The translations under genes were made by a program, and so were the position numbers. This document shows, piece by piece, positions 10,458 to 20,914 of a stretch of DNA of 64,000 bases. The notes below the pieces were generated by a model. The model ran no database searches and was not told where the DNA came from. It worked only from the letters and a program-made list of their open reading frames with translations. Source of the stretch: an uncultured Verrucomicrobiae bacterium. GTDB lineage: Bacteria; Verrucomicrobiota; Verrucomicrobiia; Chthoniobacterales; JAATET01. The stretch is taken from contig CAVRCI010000006.1 of assembly GCA_963719495.1 (NCBI GenBank), positions 32,001 through 96,000 on the forward strand. The letters are read 5' to 3'. How positions within the stretch are numbered: position 1 is the stretch's first letter; every line of letters begins with the position of its first letter.

Positions 10458-11093
10458 ATGAATGGCGAGGCGGCAGGTGTGAGGCGTGAGACGGGCTGGT
10501 TGGTCTGCCCGGACTGCGAATCGTCCTGCCGCGATCGCAAGTTGACGGCGGGTGAGATGCTGCGGTGTCGGCGGTGCGGCTACGCGGTGAAAAAACACCG
10601 GGGGCCGCTCGCCATGCAGATGCTCTGGGCGTTGGCGACGGCAGGATTGATCCTGGCGGTGCTGGCCAATGTCGAGCCGATCATGACGTTCGACGTGGCG
10701 GGGAATACGCAGACGAACCGGATTTTCACCGGGATCCGGGGGTTGGTTGTGCAGGGGTATTCGCCGGTGGCGGCGTTGGTGGGGTTTGGGGCAATCGTGG
10801 GGCCGCTGCTGCATTTGTCAGCGGTCTGGTACGTGGCGGCGGCTTGTTGTCTTGGGCGGCGCTGGCCGGGTTTGCCGCGGATGACGGCGGCGATCGAGAA
10901 GCTGGCTCCTTGGAATCTGGTGATCGTCTTCGCCGTGGGCGTGCAGGTGTCCGTGGTGAAGCTGGATCTGCTGGGCAAGGTCGAGTGGCGGCAGGGAGCG
11001 GTGTGGATCCTTCTGCTGGCGTTGTGCTCGATGGTGACCGTGCAGGTATTCGACCGGGTGACGGTGGATGAAGAGGTGGCGGCGCTCGGATAA
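10458..11093 (+). CDS. pqiA: Paraquat-inducible protein A / LetA, N-terminal half
   Basis: CPDC...CRRC zinc ribbon followed by a PqiA TM domain (LAPWNL, VSVVKL). Confidence 0.82.
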   Translation: MNGEAAGVRRETGWLVCPDCESSCRDRKLTAGEMLRCRRCGYAVKKHRGPLAMQMLWALATAGLILAVLANVEPIMTFDVAGNTQTNRIFTGIRGLVVQGYSPVAALVGFGAIVGPLLHLSAVWYVAAACCLGRRWPGLPRMTAAIEKLAPWNLVIVFAVGVQVSVVKLDLLGKVEWRQGAVWILLLALCSMVTVQVFDRVTVDEEVAALG

Positions 11094-11596
11094 TGAAGTC
11101 GGACGCGATGCGGGTGCAGCGGGTGACGGCGCTGGTAGCGACGGGGCTGCTGCTCTACGTGCCGGCGAACGTGTTGCCGGTGATGACGATGACGGTGGCC
11201 GGACAGGTCGAGCCGCTGACCGTGCTGGGCGGGGTGCAGGAGTTGTACGATTCGGGTCTGGCACCGATTGCGGGCATCGTTTTTCTGGCGAGTATCGTGG
11301 TGCCCTTCGGAAAATTGGCGAGCATGTGCTGGCTGCTCATGCTGCATGGCCAGACGGGGCTGCGGCGGGAGCGGACGGCGGTCCTGCGGGTGCTGCACCG
11401 CATCGGGAGCTGGTCGATGATCGATCTCTTTCTACTGTCGATCCTCGTTGCCGTTGGACAATTGGGAATTCTGGCCAGCGTGGTCGCGGAGCCGGGCGTC
11501 TTGTTCTTTGCGGGCGTGCTTGTGGCGACGTTGGTGGCGGCGGAGATTTACGAAACGCGCCTGATCTGGCAGAACGACAATGAGATGACGGAATGA
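11093..11596 (+). CDS. pqiA: Paraquat-inducible protein A / LetA, C-terminal half
   Basis: LYVPANVLPVM, FLASIVVP, IGSWSMIDLF. Confidence 0.88.
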   Translation: MKSDAMRVQRVTALVATGLLLYVPANVLPVMTMTVAGQVEPLTVLGGVQELYDSGLAPIAGIVFLASIVVPFGKLASMCWLLMLHGQTGLRRERTAVLRVLHRIGSWSMIDLFLLSILVAVGQLGILASVVAEPGVLFFAGVLVATLVAAEIYETRLIWQNDNEMTE

Positions 11597-13941
11597 CCGA
11601 CCGCGAACCCCCGAACGAACCGCGCGCCGACGAGGGCGAAGTCGTCCGCGCCTCACGGACGCGGATCTCGGTCGCGTGGATTTTCCCGATTCTGGCGGTG
11701 GCAGCAGCGGCTTGGTTATTTTGGTCTCACTGGCGGGCGGAGGGGCCTGAGATCACGATCGAATTCGCAGACGCCCCGGGCTTGCAGGCCGGGAAGACGG
11801 TCTTGATCTACCGGGGAGTGACGGCGGGGATCGTCAGGGCGATCGAATTGGATCCGAATCTGGAGGGTGTGGTGGTGACCGTGCTATTGAAGGCATTTGC
11901 TTCGGATCTCGCGCGGGAGGAGACCGTTTTTTGGATCGATCAGCCGGAAATTTCGCTCGTGGAGCTGTCGGGGCTGGAGTCGATCATTCAGGGAAATTCC
12001 CTGCAGGCCCGGATGGGCGGTGGCGCGAAGGCGACGCATTTTGTCGGTAAAAGTATGAAGCCGGTCGATTTACGGGACGCCCCGTCGGTGGTGTTGAAAC
12101 TGCGACCGCACGAGATGCCCCGGATCGTTCGGGGGGCACCGGTGTTTCATCGCGGCGTGGCGGTCGGCGCCGTGAGTGAGGCGATGCTGGACGATGACGG
12201 TGAACCGCTGCTGCAGATCGTCGTGGACGAACCTCATGGCGCTTTGGTGAGGAAAGATACGCGATTTTGGATTATGCCGCTCGCTTCGTTGAAGACGGGA
12301 TCGGGTGGGTTGAAGGTGGACGTGCCGAGTCTGGCGGCTTTGCTGCAGGGCGGGTTGGCCTTCGAGACTTATGGGGACGGCGGCGAGGCGGCGGTGGATG
12401 AGGATGAGTTCCCTTTATTCGAAACGGAGGCGGCGGCGCGCGCGACCTCACCGCCGATCCGGATCACGTTCGACGGTGGATTGGGGCTGATCGCCGGGCA
12501 GACGGAGCTGCGGTATCTCGATATGACCATCGGGCTGGTCGAATCGGCGAAGCTGAATTTCGAAACCAGCACGGTGGATGTCATGGCGCGATTTCGGCCG
12601 GGATATGAGCAATTTCAGCGGGAAGGAGCGGAGTTTACCGTCGTGCAGGCGAGAATTTCCCCGGAGGGGTTTACGGGGCTGAACACGCTGCTGACGGGAA
12701 TTTACATTGCGTGCGAGCCCGGGAAAGGCGACGCGATGCCGGGCAAATTCGTGGGGCGCACGACGGGCGAGAGTTGGATCGATCTGCCGCTGGCCAGGGA
12801 AGGTCTGAGCATCACGTTGGCCGCCCCTCAGATTTCTTCGCTGGCGAAGGGGGCGCCGGTGCTACACCGCGGTCTGATCGTGGGTCGGGTGATCGAGAAG
12901 CGGCTGGCGGCTGATGGATCGCCGCTGCTCAAGGTCGTGGTGCGGCGGGAATTTGCTTCGCTCGTGAGGGAGAATTCGCGGTTCTGGTCAGTGGATGCTG
13001 TCTCGGTCGGACTGGGCCCCGGGGGCGTGCAGGTGGCAATCGTCGGCTTTCAGACCTTGTTGCAGGGCGCGTTGGAATTTGACGCCTTCGGTGAGTCGGC
13101 GGGCGCGGCGGCGGACGGAGCGGCGTTTTCGCTCTACGAGACGGAGGCAGCGGCGCGGGCAGTCTCGCCGCCGATTCGGATTTCCTTCGCGAACGGACAG
13201 GGTCTGGTCGCAGGACGGACGCAATTGCGATTCCGCGGACTGCCGGTCGGGTTGGTCGAGTCAGTGACCGTGGAGGAGGATGGTGTGCGGGTCGTCGCGC
13301 GATTCGAGGCCGGATACGCGATGCTGCGGCGGCAGGGGAGCGTGTTCTCACTGGTGCGTCCGGAGGTGTCCCTCGAGGGGGTGACGGGGCTGGAAACGTT
13401 GGTGAGTGGGGTCTACATCGAGTGCGTTCCCGGGACCGGGGCGGAGCCGGCCGAGGAATTTGTCGCGCAATCGACGGAGGTCGCCGAGGAGGCCATCGAG
13501 GAAATTCAGGTCGCGGAAGCGGGGGGCCTCGAGATCGTTCTGGTGGCCCGGACTTCCAAAATCGGGACGAATGCACCGGTGCTTTATCGGGGCGTCCCGG
13601 TCGGGAAAGTCGTGCGGAAAGAGCTGTCACCGGAAGCGGGGCGGGTTGATTTGGTCATCGAGATCGATCCCCGCTACGCGCCACTGGTGCGGACGAACAC
13701 CCGGTTCTGGGACGTCGGCGGACTGAAGGCGTCGCTTGGATTCCTGTATCTCAAAGTCGATCCCGCTCCGCTGACGACGTTGACGCTGGGTGGAATCGCG
13801 TTTGCCACCCCCGACGACGATGATCTGGGCGAGCGCGTGGCGAGCGGAAGCCGTTTTCTCCTGCACGAGAAGCCGAAGGAAGCCTGGTTGAAGTGGACCC
13901 CTTCGCTGCCAGTCGGGGCAGCGAGCGCCATGGACAAGTGA
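11593..13941 (+). CDS. Multi-MCE (MlaD) lipid transport protein, PqiB/LetB-like, about 6 MCE domains
   Basis: N-terminal TM anchor; six repeats of (G)L..G...(Y/F/H)RG..VG.V...RFW/F. Confidence 0.85.
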   Translation: MTDREPPNEPRADEGEVVRASRTRISVAWIFPILAVAAAAWLFWSHWRAEGPEITIEFADAPGLQAGKTVLIYRGVTAGIVRAIELDPNLEGVVVTVLLKAFASDLAREETVFWIDQPEISLVELSGLESIIQGNSLQARMGGGAKATHFVGKSMKPVDLRDAPSVVLKLRPHEMPRIVRGAPVFHRGVAVGAVSEAMLDDDGEPLLQIVVDEPHGALVRKDTRFWIMPLASLKTGSGGLKVDVPSLAALLQGGLAFETYGDGGEAAVDEDEFPLFETEAAARATSPPIRITFDGGLGLIAGQTELRYLDMTIGLVESAKLNFETSTVDVMARFRPGYEQFQREGAEFTVVQARISPEGFTGLNTLLTGIYIACEPGKGDAMPGKFVGRTTGESWIDLPLAREGLSITLAAPQISSLAKGAPVLHRGLIVGRVIEKRLAADGSPLLKVVVRREFASLVRENSRFWSVDAVSVGLGPGGVQVAIVGFQTLLQGALEFDAFGESAGAAADGAAFSLYETEAAARAVSPPIRISFANGQGLVAGRTQLRFRGLPVGLVESVTVEEDGVRVVARFEAGYAMLRRQGSVFSLVRPEVSLEGVTGLETLVSGVYIECVPGTGAEPAEEFVAQSTEVAEEAIEEIQVAEAGGLEIVLVARTSKIGTNAPVLYRGVPVGKVVRKELSPEAGRVDLVIEIDPRYAPLVRTNTRFWDVGGLKASLGFLYLKVDPAPLTTLTLGGIAFATPDDDDLGERVASGSRFLLHEKPKEAWLKWTPSLPVGAASAMDK

Positions 13942-14057
13942 TTGACCGAGGCCGCCGGGACCTCTGGGGTCGGCGTTTGCAGGTGTAAGCTGGAGTTTGC
14001 CAGGGAGGGTTCGTTAGCATACGACTTCCGGTGTGTTGACTCTCCCCTGACGATCGG

Positions 14058-16013
14058 ATGGATGCCGCCAATCTTCGCTGGATTGCCGTTGTTGCGGGGA
14101 TTGCGGGCGTTGTTGGCTTTGGCTTCGGCTTCGGCTTCGGGGGGACCGAGGGAGCCGAGCCCGGCCAACCGGCGGATGAGGTCGGGCGAGGGGAAGATAA
14201 TCCGGTGACAACGATCGAGCTGTCGGGAGAATCCTTGCCTCGCGCTGGATCGTTAGCGATCCGGGTGGGAGGGTTTCTCGCCGATCTGAAAGGGGCCGAT
14301 CGTGATCAGCTGACTGCTCGACTGCGGATGCTGCGGGCGGATCGGAATCTGCCTTCGGAGATGGCGCAGTTTTTCCAGCGGGAACTGATCGAGCGATTGG
14401 TCGGACTCGGGGTGCCGCGGGCCGAGATTGTAGTAGGAACCGATCGAGAGCTTCAGGAGCAGATCGAAATGGTCGTGAAGGCTTTGGTGAGCCGTGATCC
14501 GGCTGCGGCAGAAACCCTTGTTTCGGAGCTTCCCGCTGGGCCAATGCAGAATGTCGCGCAGCGGGAATTCCTGGCCTACTTGGGCGCGAATGATCCCGAG
14601 CCCGGTCTGGAATTTTTCAGAAAACGAGGAGGCGAGGGCCGACGGCTACCCTTTTTTCGGGAGTGGGCGAAGAACGAGCCGCGCTTGGCGACGGAGACCG
14701 CGTTCGCGATGGATCGGGAATTGGACACGTCCTTTGCGCGTTCGGCGCTTTACCAGTGGGCCTTCGATGACCCGGACGCGGCCTGGGAATACATCGAACG
14801 CCTTCCACCGGACGACCGGCAAATGGGGCGCGGCGCCTACGGTAACGCGCTGGCGAACGGGGACCCGCTTGCCGCGATCGACACGATGTTGGCGAAACCA
14901 GAGTTGGGGAACTTCATGTTCCTGGATTCCATCGGTTACCGACTGGCCAGCGATCCTGAAAGTGTGAGTGCAGCGCTGGAGCGGGTGCCGCCGGGCGAAT
15001 TTCTCACGCGTCTGACGGCGGGGATCGCGAGTGGATTGCTGAGGCAGGGTCCGGAGGTGGCCTTGGATTGGGCCGACACGTTGCTCCCCGGCGAGCGAGA
15101 AGCGGCGGTGAACGATATCTTCCGTCGGCTTGCGCGTGAGGATCCGAGGTCGGCCATTGAGTTGGCCGCCACGAGGTTGTCGGGTCCGACCGGGGAGAAG
15201 GCGGCGACTGCCGTGCTGCGGGAATGGTCGAACAATGACTTTGAGGGGGCGTTCACGGCATTGAATGCCTCCTACGAAGGCGAGGCAAGGGATCGGTTGC
15301 TCCTTGGGATTTTCTCGATGAATTATTCTTCGATTGGTGCGGACTTCGGACGGCGGCTGGAGCTGCTCAGCACGCTGGATCCGGAGCTGCGCCGCCAAGC
15401 ACTCCGGGTGGCGGGGAGGAACTGGGGGAGTGTGGACGCGGATGGGCTGGCCGCAGAACTCGACGGGCTGGCCGGTGAGGATCGCATCGCTCTGGCGGAG
15501 GGCTTGGCTGGGTCGTTGCTTGATGGTTCAAAATCGTTGATCCAGCAAGTTGTCGCGGCACTGCCGCCGGACCGACAGGCCGGAAAAGCGGTGGCAATCG
15601 CGGGCGCGCTGGCGAAGTCGGACCCCGCCGCGGCGGCGAAGTTTCTCAACAATCTCCCTCGCGATGCGGCACCCCGGGAACAGCGTCGGGCGATCAATCA
15701 TCTGGTGAGTGACTGGGTCTACGACGATCCGGGCGCGGCGGGCGCGTTCGTTGCTGAAATGCCGCCGGGGGAAGCTCGCGATCGGGCGGCGCTGGCCTTG
15801 GCGAGTGAATGGCGAACCTTTGACTTGGCTGGCGCGACGGCGGTCCTGGACGACGTCGCGGGTCCGGAGGTCCGCGCCCAGTTGATCCGTCGCGTGGGTG
15901 AGTCGTGGCGTCGGGTGGATCGCGCTCGCGGGCGCGCTGCGTTGGCAACTCGGGTGCAGTCGCCGGAGGAGCGCCGGATTGTGGACGAAGTCATGGCGGA
16001 GGATGTTCGATGA
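14058..16013 (+). CDS. Hypothetical membrane-anchored helical-repeat protein
   Basis: 651 aa; N-terminal hydrophobic segment; recurring W...DP.AA...LP motif. Confidence 0.7.
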   Translation: MDAANLRWIAVVAGIAGVVGFGFGFGFGGTEGAEPGQPADEVGRGEDNPVTTIELSGESLPRAGSLAIRVGGFLADLKGADRDQLTARLRMLRADRNLPSEMAQFFQRELIERLVGLGVPRAEIVVGTDRELQEQIEMVVKALVSRDPAAAETLVSELPAGPMQNVAQREFLAYLGANDPEPGLEFFRKRGGEGRRLPFFREWAKNEPRLATETAFAMDRELDTSFARSALYQWAFDDPDAAWEYIERLPPDDRQMGRGAYGNALANGDPLAAIDTMLAKPELGNFMFLDSIGYRLASDPESVSAALERVPPGEFLTRLTAGIASGLLRQGPEVALDWADTLLPGEREAAVNDIFRRLAREDPRSAIELAATRLSGPTGEKAATAVLREWSNNDFEGAFTALNASYEGEARDRLLLGIFSMNYSSIGADFGRRLELLSTLDPELRRQALRVAGRNWGSVDADGLAAELDGLAGEDRIALAEGLAGSLLDGSKSLIQQVVAALPPDRQAGKAVAIAGALAKSDPAAAAKFLNNLPRDAAPREQRRAINHLVSDWVYDDPGAAGAFVAEMPPGEARDRAALALASEWRTFDLAGATAVLDDVAGPEVRAQLIRRVGESWRRVDRARGRAALATRVQSPEERRIVDEVMAEDVR

Positions 16014-17887
16014 GGGGCGCGGTTGCGGGCGTGTTGATCGGAGCCGTGGTCGTGGGGTCAATCCTTGGATTTGGCGTGGGTCGGTGGGCAAGAGGGAGCA
16101 ATCCGTCGAGCGGATCGTCGGATGCTGCCAAGCCGTCATCCGGGCGAATCGGATCGAGCAAATCGGCGGATGATTTTGAGAGTGGCGGGATAGCGGGCGC
16201 AGTGCTTCCGGCGGTGGATTTTCGGGATGCGGCGGGCTTTGAGGACTACGTGAGAGGGCTGGTGGCGCTGGGGGTGGACGAAAACCTCGCGAAGTGGTTG
16301 GCATTGGCCTCGCTGGCGGAGGCGGATTTCCAAGCCGCCGCGGAACTGGCGCAGTCGGAGGATCTCATCGGATGGTGGGCGTCTGGAGCGGCCCTGGTCG
16401 ATCTCGACGCGACCGTGGACGTGATCGACTCGCTCCCGGAAAAATTAGCGATTCGGGCCATCTACGCGGCTTCTGGCACGGTGGGGCGACGACAGCCCGA
16501 GCGCGGTTTTGAATTGCTGAAAAAATTGCCCCCATCCGATGCGACGGAGGCGGCGTTCCCATTCTTCGAGGAGTGGGCGTCCGCGTCGCTGCCGGCGGCT
16601 CGACGCGCGGCGATGGCGCTGGATCCCGGGAGATTTCGCGAGCGGGCGCTGGCTGGAGTTTTTCACGCGTGGAACGAAGGGGATCGCGAGGAGATGCTGG
16701 AGTGGGCGGTCGGGCAGGGTCCGGAGATTGGGCGAAAGGCCTTCTGGTCGGTCTACGAAATGGCCGGCATCCGCGATGCCGCCGCGATCCTCGAGCTGGC
16801 GCAAAAATTTCCAGCGGCGGTCGACACCATGTTGATAGCCCAATTTGCCGATGCGCTCACTGAGTTGGGATCACCCGGGTGGGAGGCGGTGATGGCATTG
16901 CCTCCTGGCCAGATGCGCAATCAGCTGCTCCTACGATACGGCGAGAATCTTGGACGAACGGATGCAGCGCGTCTTTGGGAGTTGGCGCAGTCGCTTCCGA
17001 GTGGAGAGCGGACCTATCTACTGCGTCTAGGGACCCGCAACGTCGCCAAAGCGGCACCCCGCGAGATGGCGGAACTCGCGGTCCGCGGAGAGCTGGGCGC
17101 TTCTTACGGTGTGGACAGCGTGATGGAATCGTGGGCGGCGGACGATCCGTTGGCTGCCTACGCGTGGGGCCTGGCTCGGTGGAATCAGAGGCAGGGATCG
17201 AGCGCACTGGGTTCGGTCTTATCGACGTGGTCGCAAACGGATCCGAACGCCGCGACGAGGGCTTTGGTAAAATTGCCCGATGGGCTGCGGGCAAAGTTTC
17301 TGCCGGACGTCGTCGAGGCTTGGGCGACGAACGAGCCGGAGGAAGCCTTCCGTTGGGCCTCGGGGCGACCTCCTCTCGAGCAAACGAGCGCGGTGGCTGC
17401 GGCGCTCGAAGGCTGGGCGAGCGAAGATCCTGCGGCTGCAGCGACCGCCGCGAGGGGCGTGTTGCCGGACGGCTTGAACGATGCTCTGAAGAAGGTCGCC
17501 TGGGAATACGGTCAGGTCAGCCCGGACGATGCCATGAGTTGGGCGCACGGGCTTCAGGGGGTGGACGCGCAGCGCGTGACAGTGGCGGAGGTGGCGAATT
17601 CCTGGGGTCGCCGGGATGCCAGCGCGGCGTCGGATTATTTGGCATCCCTGCCGGAGGGCGAGTTGCGGGACCAAGCGGTCGGCGGTTTTGTTTCTGCGAT
17701 CACGAATCTGGACCCGCCAACCGCTGCCCAGTGGGCGTTATCCATCGGTGACGATTCGCTGCAGGGTCAGCGGATGCAGAGCGCGTTGCGATCGTGGAAG
17801 GAGAAGGATCCCGCCGAGGCACGAGCGTTCGTCGAAGCACTCCCGGATGCGGCCCTGCGTGAAAAAATGATGGGGGTCGTCAAGTGA
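16010..17887 (+). CDS. Hypothetical membrane-anchored helical-repeat protein (paralogue)
   Basis: ATGA overlap with the previous gene; many W(A/S)..DP..A..WA repeats. Confidence 0.7.
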   Translation: MRGAVAGVLIGAVVVGSILGFGVGRWARGSNPSSGSSDAAKPSSGRIGSSKSADDFESGGIAGAVLPAVDFRDAAGFEDYVRGLVALGVDENLAKWLALASLAEADFQAAAELAQSEDLIGWWASGAALVDLDATVDVIDSLPEKLAIRAIYAASGTVGRRQPERGFELLKKLPPSDATEAAFPFFEEWASASLPAARRAAMALDPGRFRERALAGVFHAWNEGDREEMLEWAVGQGPEIGRKAFWSVYEMAGIRDAAAILELAQKFPAAVDTMLIAQFADALTELGSPGWEAVMALPPGQMRNQLLLRYGENLGRTDAARLWELAQSLPSGERTYLLRLGTRNVAKAAPREMAELAVRGELGASYGVDSVMESWAADDPLAAYAWGLARWNQRQGSSALGSVLSTWSQTDPNAATRALVKLPDGLRAKFLPDVVEAWATNEPEEAFRWASGRPPLEQTSAVAAALEGWASEDPAAAATAARGVLPDGLNDALKKVAWEYGQVSPDDAMSWAHGLQGVDAQRVTVAEVANSWGRRDASAASDYLASLPEGELRDQAVGGFVSAITNLDPPTAAQWALSIGDDSLQGQRMQSALRSWKEKDPAEARAFVEALPDAALREKMMGVVK

Positions 17888-19562
17888 CGCTGCGAGTCGG
17901 CGCTGCAGTAGCGGTGGCATGCGTCGGGGCAGCCAGTTTGGGATATCTGGGGGGGCGAGCGGAAGAGGGTGAAGCGGCCAGCCCGTCGACGCCGGAGGTT
18001 TCGAATCCCTCCTCCATCGGTCATCGCTCTGTTGCCACCGAGCCCGCCCCTCCCAATTCCGAGAATTTGATCGACGTGCTGCGGAGCGAGGATCCGGTGG
18101 AGATCATGACGCGACTGCAGGTTGTGTTGGGCGATCGGTCTCTGCCGCCGCGGGTGGCGCGGATATACCGGGATGCGCTCGTCGAGCGGATCGTGGCGGT
18201 GGGTGAGATCGCGCGCCTGCTCTCGACCAAGGGGAAGGATCGCGAGGACATCCTGGCGGTGGCCGTGCGGGCGCTGGCCGAGCGGGACCTAGCGGCGGCC
18301 GAGCACTTTGTGACGAACCTGTCGGATGAGCCCTCGAGCGAGCGCGTGGGGTTGGCGTTTTTGAGCGAACTTGCACGACAGAATCCCGCTGCGGCGTTGC
18401 CCGGATCGAGTCTGCCACGAATACCGAGAAGGAACTGCGGGCGATCTTCTCGGGCTGGGCCAAGTCGGACCCGCGCGGCGCGGCGGAGGTGGCGTTCGCG
18501 CGGGGCGAAGATTATCGATCGGCTCGGCAGGCTGTTGTCTCGACCTGGATTCAGGAAGATTCGGCTGCGGCGTGGGCGTGGGTCGAGAGTTCGGAGGGTG
18601 AGAATCGGCGCGAAACGTTGGATACGGCTTTTGGGAATACGATCTGGGCGGACCCACGGGAGGGACTCGCACGGATGGCTCGAATGCCGGAGCTGGCCGA
18701 TAATTACGGGGCACAGTGGATCGGGATGCGGATCGCGACCGACGTGGCGGGTGCCGAGGCTGCGATGGCTCAATTGCCTCCGGGGAGGGGCCGGACGCAG
18801 TTGGTCAGCGGACTGGCCGTGAGTCTGGCGGGCGAACCGGAGGTCGCGCTGAGTTGGGCGGATACCCTCCTACCGGGTGAGCGGAAAGTGTTCCTCGGCG
18901 GACTTTTCAGCGCGATCGGGACCTTGGATCCTGATCAGGCCCTGCGGCTCGCCGCCGATCGACTCACCGGTGAGGAGCGGAGCGAAGCGCTGATGTCGCT
19001 CCAGGACGGGTGGGCGCACCTGGATTTTGAAGCGGCATTTACGGCGATGACCGAGCGTTTGGACTCGGACGCCTTGGTCGAGACGATCCCGGCAATCTTC
19101 GGCTCCCGGGATCTTCGTACGCCGGAGAGCGTCCAACGGGAGATGGCGCGAGTGGACGCCTTGAATCCAACGGTGCGTCGATCCGTCCTCCGCGGGCTGG
19201 GTGAGTCTCACAGCGGTGCGAGTCCGGCGCTGATCGATCACGTGAGTGGGCTGAGTCCGGAAGATCAAGCGAGCTTCGCGGAGGGGGCGAGTGAGGGGGC
19301 CAGCTACCTGCCTCTCGAAAGCGTGCAGCGAATCGCTGCCATGCTTCCGGTGGAGAAGCGGATCGCGCGGGCGGATCAACTGGCGGATGCGATGGCGAAA
19401 GACGATCTGGCGACGGCGGCTCGGTTCGTCGTTGGACTCCCGGAGGTCAGTGATGGGGACGGGCGAGCGAGCGCGCCGATCGCTCAACCAATAGGAATTC
19501 GCAGGGTCGACTCGGCTCCGGGTGGTGGGTTCCGATTTTCGACGGTGGCCGTGCCGTGGTGA
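17884..19562 (+). CDS. Third helical-repeat paralogue (frameshift near 18395; C-terminus truncated at creC)
   Basis: Shares PEVAL.WADTLLPGER with 14058..16013; joins ORFs 17884.. and 18489..19562. Confidence 0.55.
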
Positions 19563-20914
19563 AGGGTCGCGGCCTCCCGGACGAAGCAGAGCCCGAGACC
19601 GGAGCTCTTGCGTTCGGTGCCGGGACGGGGAAGCGAGTAGAAGCGCTCGAACACGCGGGGGGCCGCGTAGTCGGGGAGACCAGGGCCTTCATCGCGGACG
19701 CTGACCTCGATCTGACCGTCTTCGGTGGGCCGGACTGCGACTTCGATGCGGCCGTCGGCCGGAGAGAATTCGGCGGCGTTCTGAACCAGATTGCGGATGG
19801 CGGTTTCCAGAAGAAATTCGTCTCCCGGAGCCAGCGCGGAGGCGGGAACGGCGAGGAGAAATTGCTGGTCAGCGCGTCGCTCGCGGGCTTCGTCAACGAC
19901 GCGGCGGACGATCCCGGAGAGGTCGACGGTGCCGGGACTATCGAGGCGTTTGCGGCTTTCGAGGGAGGCCAGGGCGAGCAGTTGCTCGATGAGCCGCTGG
20001 AGGCGGGCGGATTCGGTGCGGATGTTTAACGTGAACCGCTGGCGGCGGTCGGCGGGAAGGTCCTCGTCGAGCAGCTCGGCGGCACCGCGGATAGCCGCGA
20101 CGGGGGCCTTCATTTCGTGACTGAGGGTCTGGACGTAATTGCCAACGTAGTCGCGGTCCTCGAGCGCGACCCGCATGCGCTCGATGGATTCGCCGAGCAC
20201 TCGGAGATGTTGGCCCGGCATGGACGGCGGAGGTGGGCGCTCGCCGCGGGTGACGGCTTCCGCGTGACGGGTCAGCCGGGCGAGGGGCTCCGTGACCCAG
20301 CGGGAGAGGAGGTAGCCGAAAAGCAGGAATGCCACCGTGCCGGTGAGGCCGACTCGGAGGATGCGGCGTTTCGTCTCGAGAATGAATTCGCGGAGGGCGC
20401 GCTGGGGTTTGTAGACCGAGAGGACGCCGACGATTTTGCCGTCCACGATCAACGGCGCTCCGACGAACATGATGGAGGACAGGTCATCGGTTTCGTCCGC
20501 GCGGGAGGAGCGGGCGCCATAGCGACCCTGGAGGGTGAGGTACACGTCCGACCGATCCGAGAAGTCGAGACCGACCCGCTCGGGTTCCTCGGAATCAAAA
20601 ATCACGAGTCCCTTCTCGTCGGTCACGTAGGTTCCCATGGAGACTTCCGTCTTGAGGATGTTGTAAATCTTCGCCGTGAGCGTGCGGTCATTCACGGCGG
20701 CGAAGCCACTCGTGAGGGCGGTCGGGAGGCGGCCATGGGTGGCGAGTTCCGCCGAAACGATGGCGGCAAGGATCTCGGCGGTGTCGACCATCGGCTCCTC
20801 CGCAGCCTCGAGATACTGCCGCTCGACGCGGTCGAGAATGGGGTTGAGAAGGAGGTAGATCGCCGCGATGGCGACGCCGACGAAGCTGAGCAGGACGCGA
20901 AGGGTGAGACTCAC
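19484..20914 (-). CDS. creC: Two-component sensor histidine kinase CreC
   Basis: EE.MVDTA.ILA, DVYLTLQG.YGARSS, H-box LSHEMKAP, N-box NLVQNA.EFSP, ERFYSLPRP, SSGLGL.FV. Confidence 0.9.
   Translation of the reverse strand: MSLTLRVLLSFVGVAIAAIYLLLNPILDRVERQYLEAAEEPMVDTAEILAAIVSAELATHGRLPTALTSGFAAVNDRTLTAKIYNILKTEVSMGTYVTDEKGLVIFDSEEPERVGLDFSDRSDVYLTLQGRYGARSSRADETDDLSSIMFVGAPLIVDGKIVGVLSVYKPQRALREFILETKRRILRVGLTGTVAFLLFGYLLSRWVTEPLARLTRHAEAVTRGERPPPPSMPGQHLRVLGESIERMRVALEDRDYVGNYVQTLSHEMKAPVAAIRGAAELLDEDLPADRRQRFTLNIRTESARLQRLIEQLLALASLESRKRLDSPGTVDLSGIVRRVVDEARERRADQQFLLAVPASALAPGDEFLLETAIRNLVQNAAEFSPADGRIEVAVRPTEDGQIEVSVRDEGPGLPDYAAPRVFERFYSLPRPGTERKSSGLGLCFVREAATLHHGTATVENRNPPPGAESTLRIPIG

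Noticed and set aside
14116..14141. (GGCTTY)4 repeat as a contingency locus
   Set aside because: In-frame hexamer encoding GFGFGFGF; copy-number change would not switch expression.
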